Shown here: positions 63,041-64,000 of the stretch, one piece after another
How positions within the stretch are numbered: the stretch's first letter is position 1
How the letters are laid out: each line of letters begins with the position of its first letter
DNA from: Cycas panzhihuaensis
Taxonomy: Eukaryota > Plantae > Cycadophyta
Reading direction: 5' to 3'
DNA length: 64,000 bases
Assembly (NCBI GenBank): GCA_023213395.1
Contig: CM041465.1
Location: 83,335,741-83,399,740 of the forward strand
Notes under the pieces: model-generated
What the model was told of the DNA's origin: nothing
Databases searched by the model: none
Seen by the model: the letters and a program-made list of their open reading frames with translations, nothing else
Made by a program: the position numbers and the translations under genes

Positions 63041-64000
63041 TCTAATAAGAAGCCATCTCTGGTCACTTTAAAGTATTTGATTGTGAAGCTTTTATGCATG
63101 TTCCTAGGTTGTAGAGGATGAACCATGATTTTAAAGCATAAAGTCTACTTTTATAGGCTATGGTAACAGAGCAAAGGGTACAAGATTTATAAGTTTAAAT
63201 CACAGAAAGTTATATATACTTGTGATGTTATCTTTAGAGAGGAGTTCAAGTCTCTAAAGCAAGACAAAGAACTAGAAGAGGAAGACTCAAAGAAGGTGCA
63301 ATTTAAGATGAGATGGAGATTCTACATTAGAATATAAATTAGTTGAAGAGGATGAACTAGTTGAGGAGGTGGCCCAACTTCAAGGAACCCCCATCTTAAG
63401 GAGATCAACTCATGAGAAAAAATAGCTCGACATGTATACTCTTGAAGACTTTCATTAATTCTTATTTATTTCATCTACTATAGGTGAATATCTATATACT
63501 ATTTGAGAGGCTTTGGAGTCAAAAGAGAGCCAACTTTAGAAGAAGGCCATGGAATAAGAAATAATAGCCTTAGACAAGAATGAAATATGGGATTTGGTGA
63601 ATCTACCAAATGATAGAAAACCTGTTGATAATAAATGGACATTCAAGAAGAAGTTTTAAGTAGATGGTACTGTGAAAATGTATAAGGCTCATTTGGTAGA
63701 AAAGGGTTATTCCTAGGTAAAGGGAATAGATTTTGATGAGGGTTTTTCTCTTATTGTAAAACTAGCTTCAATTAGATTTCTATTGGTTATAGCAATTACT
63801 TGTAATATCAAGGTGGATCAAATAAATGTGAAGATAACTTTTCTTTATGGTGACCTTGAATAAGAAATTTATATGTTATAATCTGAAGGTTTTGAAGTTA
63901 TAGGTAAGGAGAATATGGTGTATAGGTTGAAGTAGTTAATATATGGTTTGAAATAATTATTGAGGATGTGGTACTAGATAATTAACTTACACATATTAGT

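Larger units (their letters stand above)
45430..64000 (+). pseudogene. Copia element G (partial gag, PR, INT, RT), split by Gypsy H; runs off the window
   Basis: PR *LIDSNASLYVTPHRE*F and INT LRTDNGGEF lie before 46850. The frame KMPKEA*(S)G resumes after 63040 as KKPS..HFKVFDCEAFMHVP, then RT WDLV..P..RKPV..KW and YKAHLVEKGY. Confidence 0.88.

Overview
This is AT-rich plant heterochromatin, probably from a large-genome gymnosperm (inferred from element types and old LTR pairs), and it contains no intact cellular gene. It is almost entirely nested, decayed retrotransposons: six Ty1/Copia elements, four Ty3/Gypsy-type elements and one full-length L1 LINE with RNase H. I delimited five LTR elements by paired LTRs and target-site duplications (TSDs): 14700-21044, 25544-31581, 34014-37587, 39303-44643 and 46851-63040. 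The LINE (53774-60082) is bounded by a 13-bp TSD. The main result is the 3.57-kb non-autonomous LTR element at 34014-37587. It has no recognisable gag or pol and instead carries an intronless copy of the N-terminal tandem BRCT pair of the plant DNA-repair protein BCP1/DDRM2 (At4g02110-like) at 35561-36146 (-). Other points of interest are a Copia Gag with a FUS-like SYGQ low-complexity tract plus RG repeats, a Copia with a miniaturised pol, an extended tRNA-Glu primer binding site (PBS), and a LINE 5' reading frame coupled to ORF1 by TAATG. All translations, alignments and mismatch counts were done by eye, and homolog sequences are recalled from memory.
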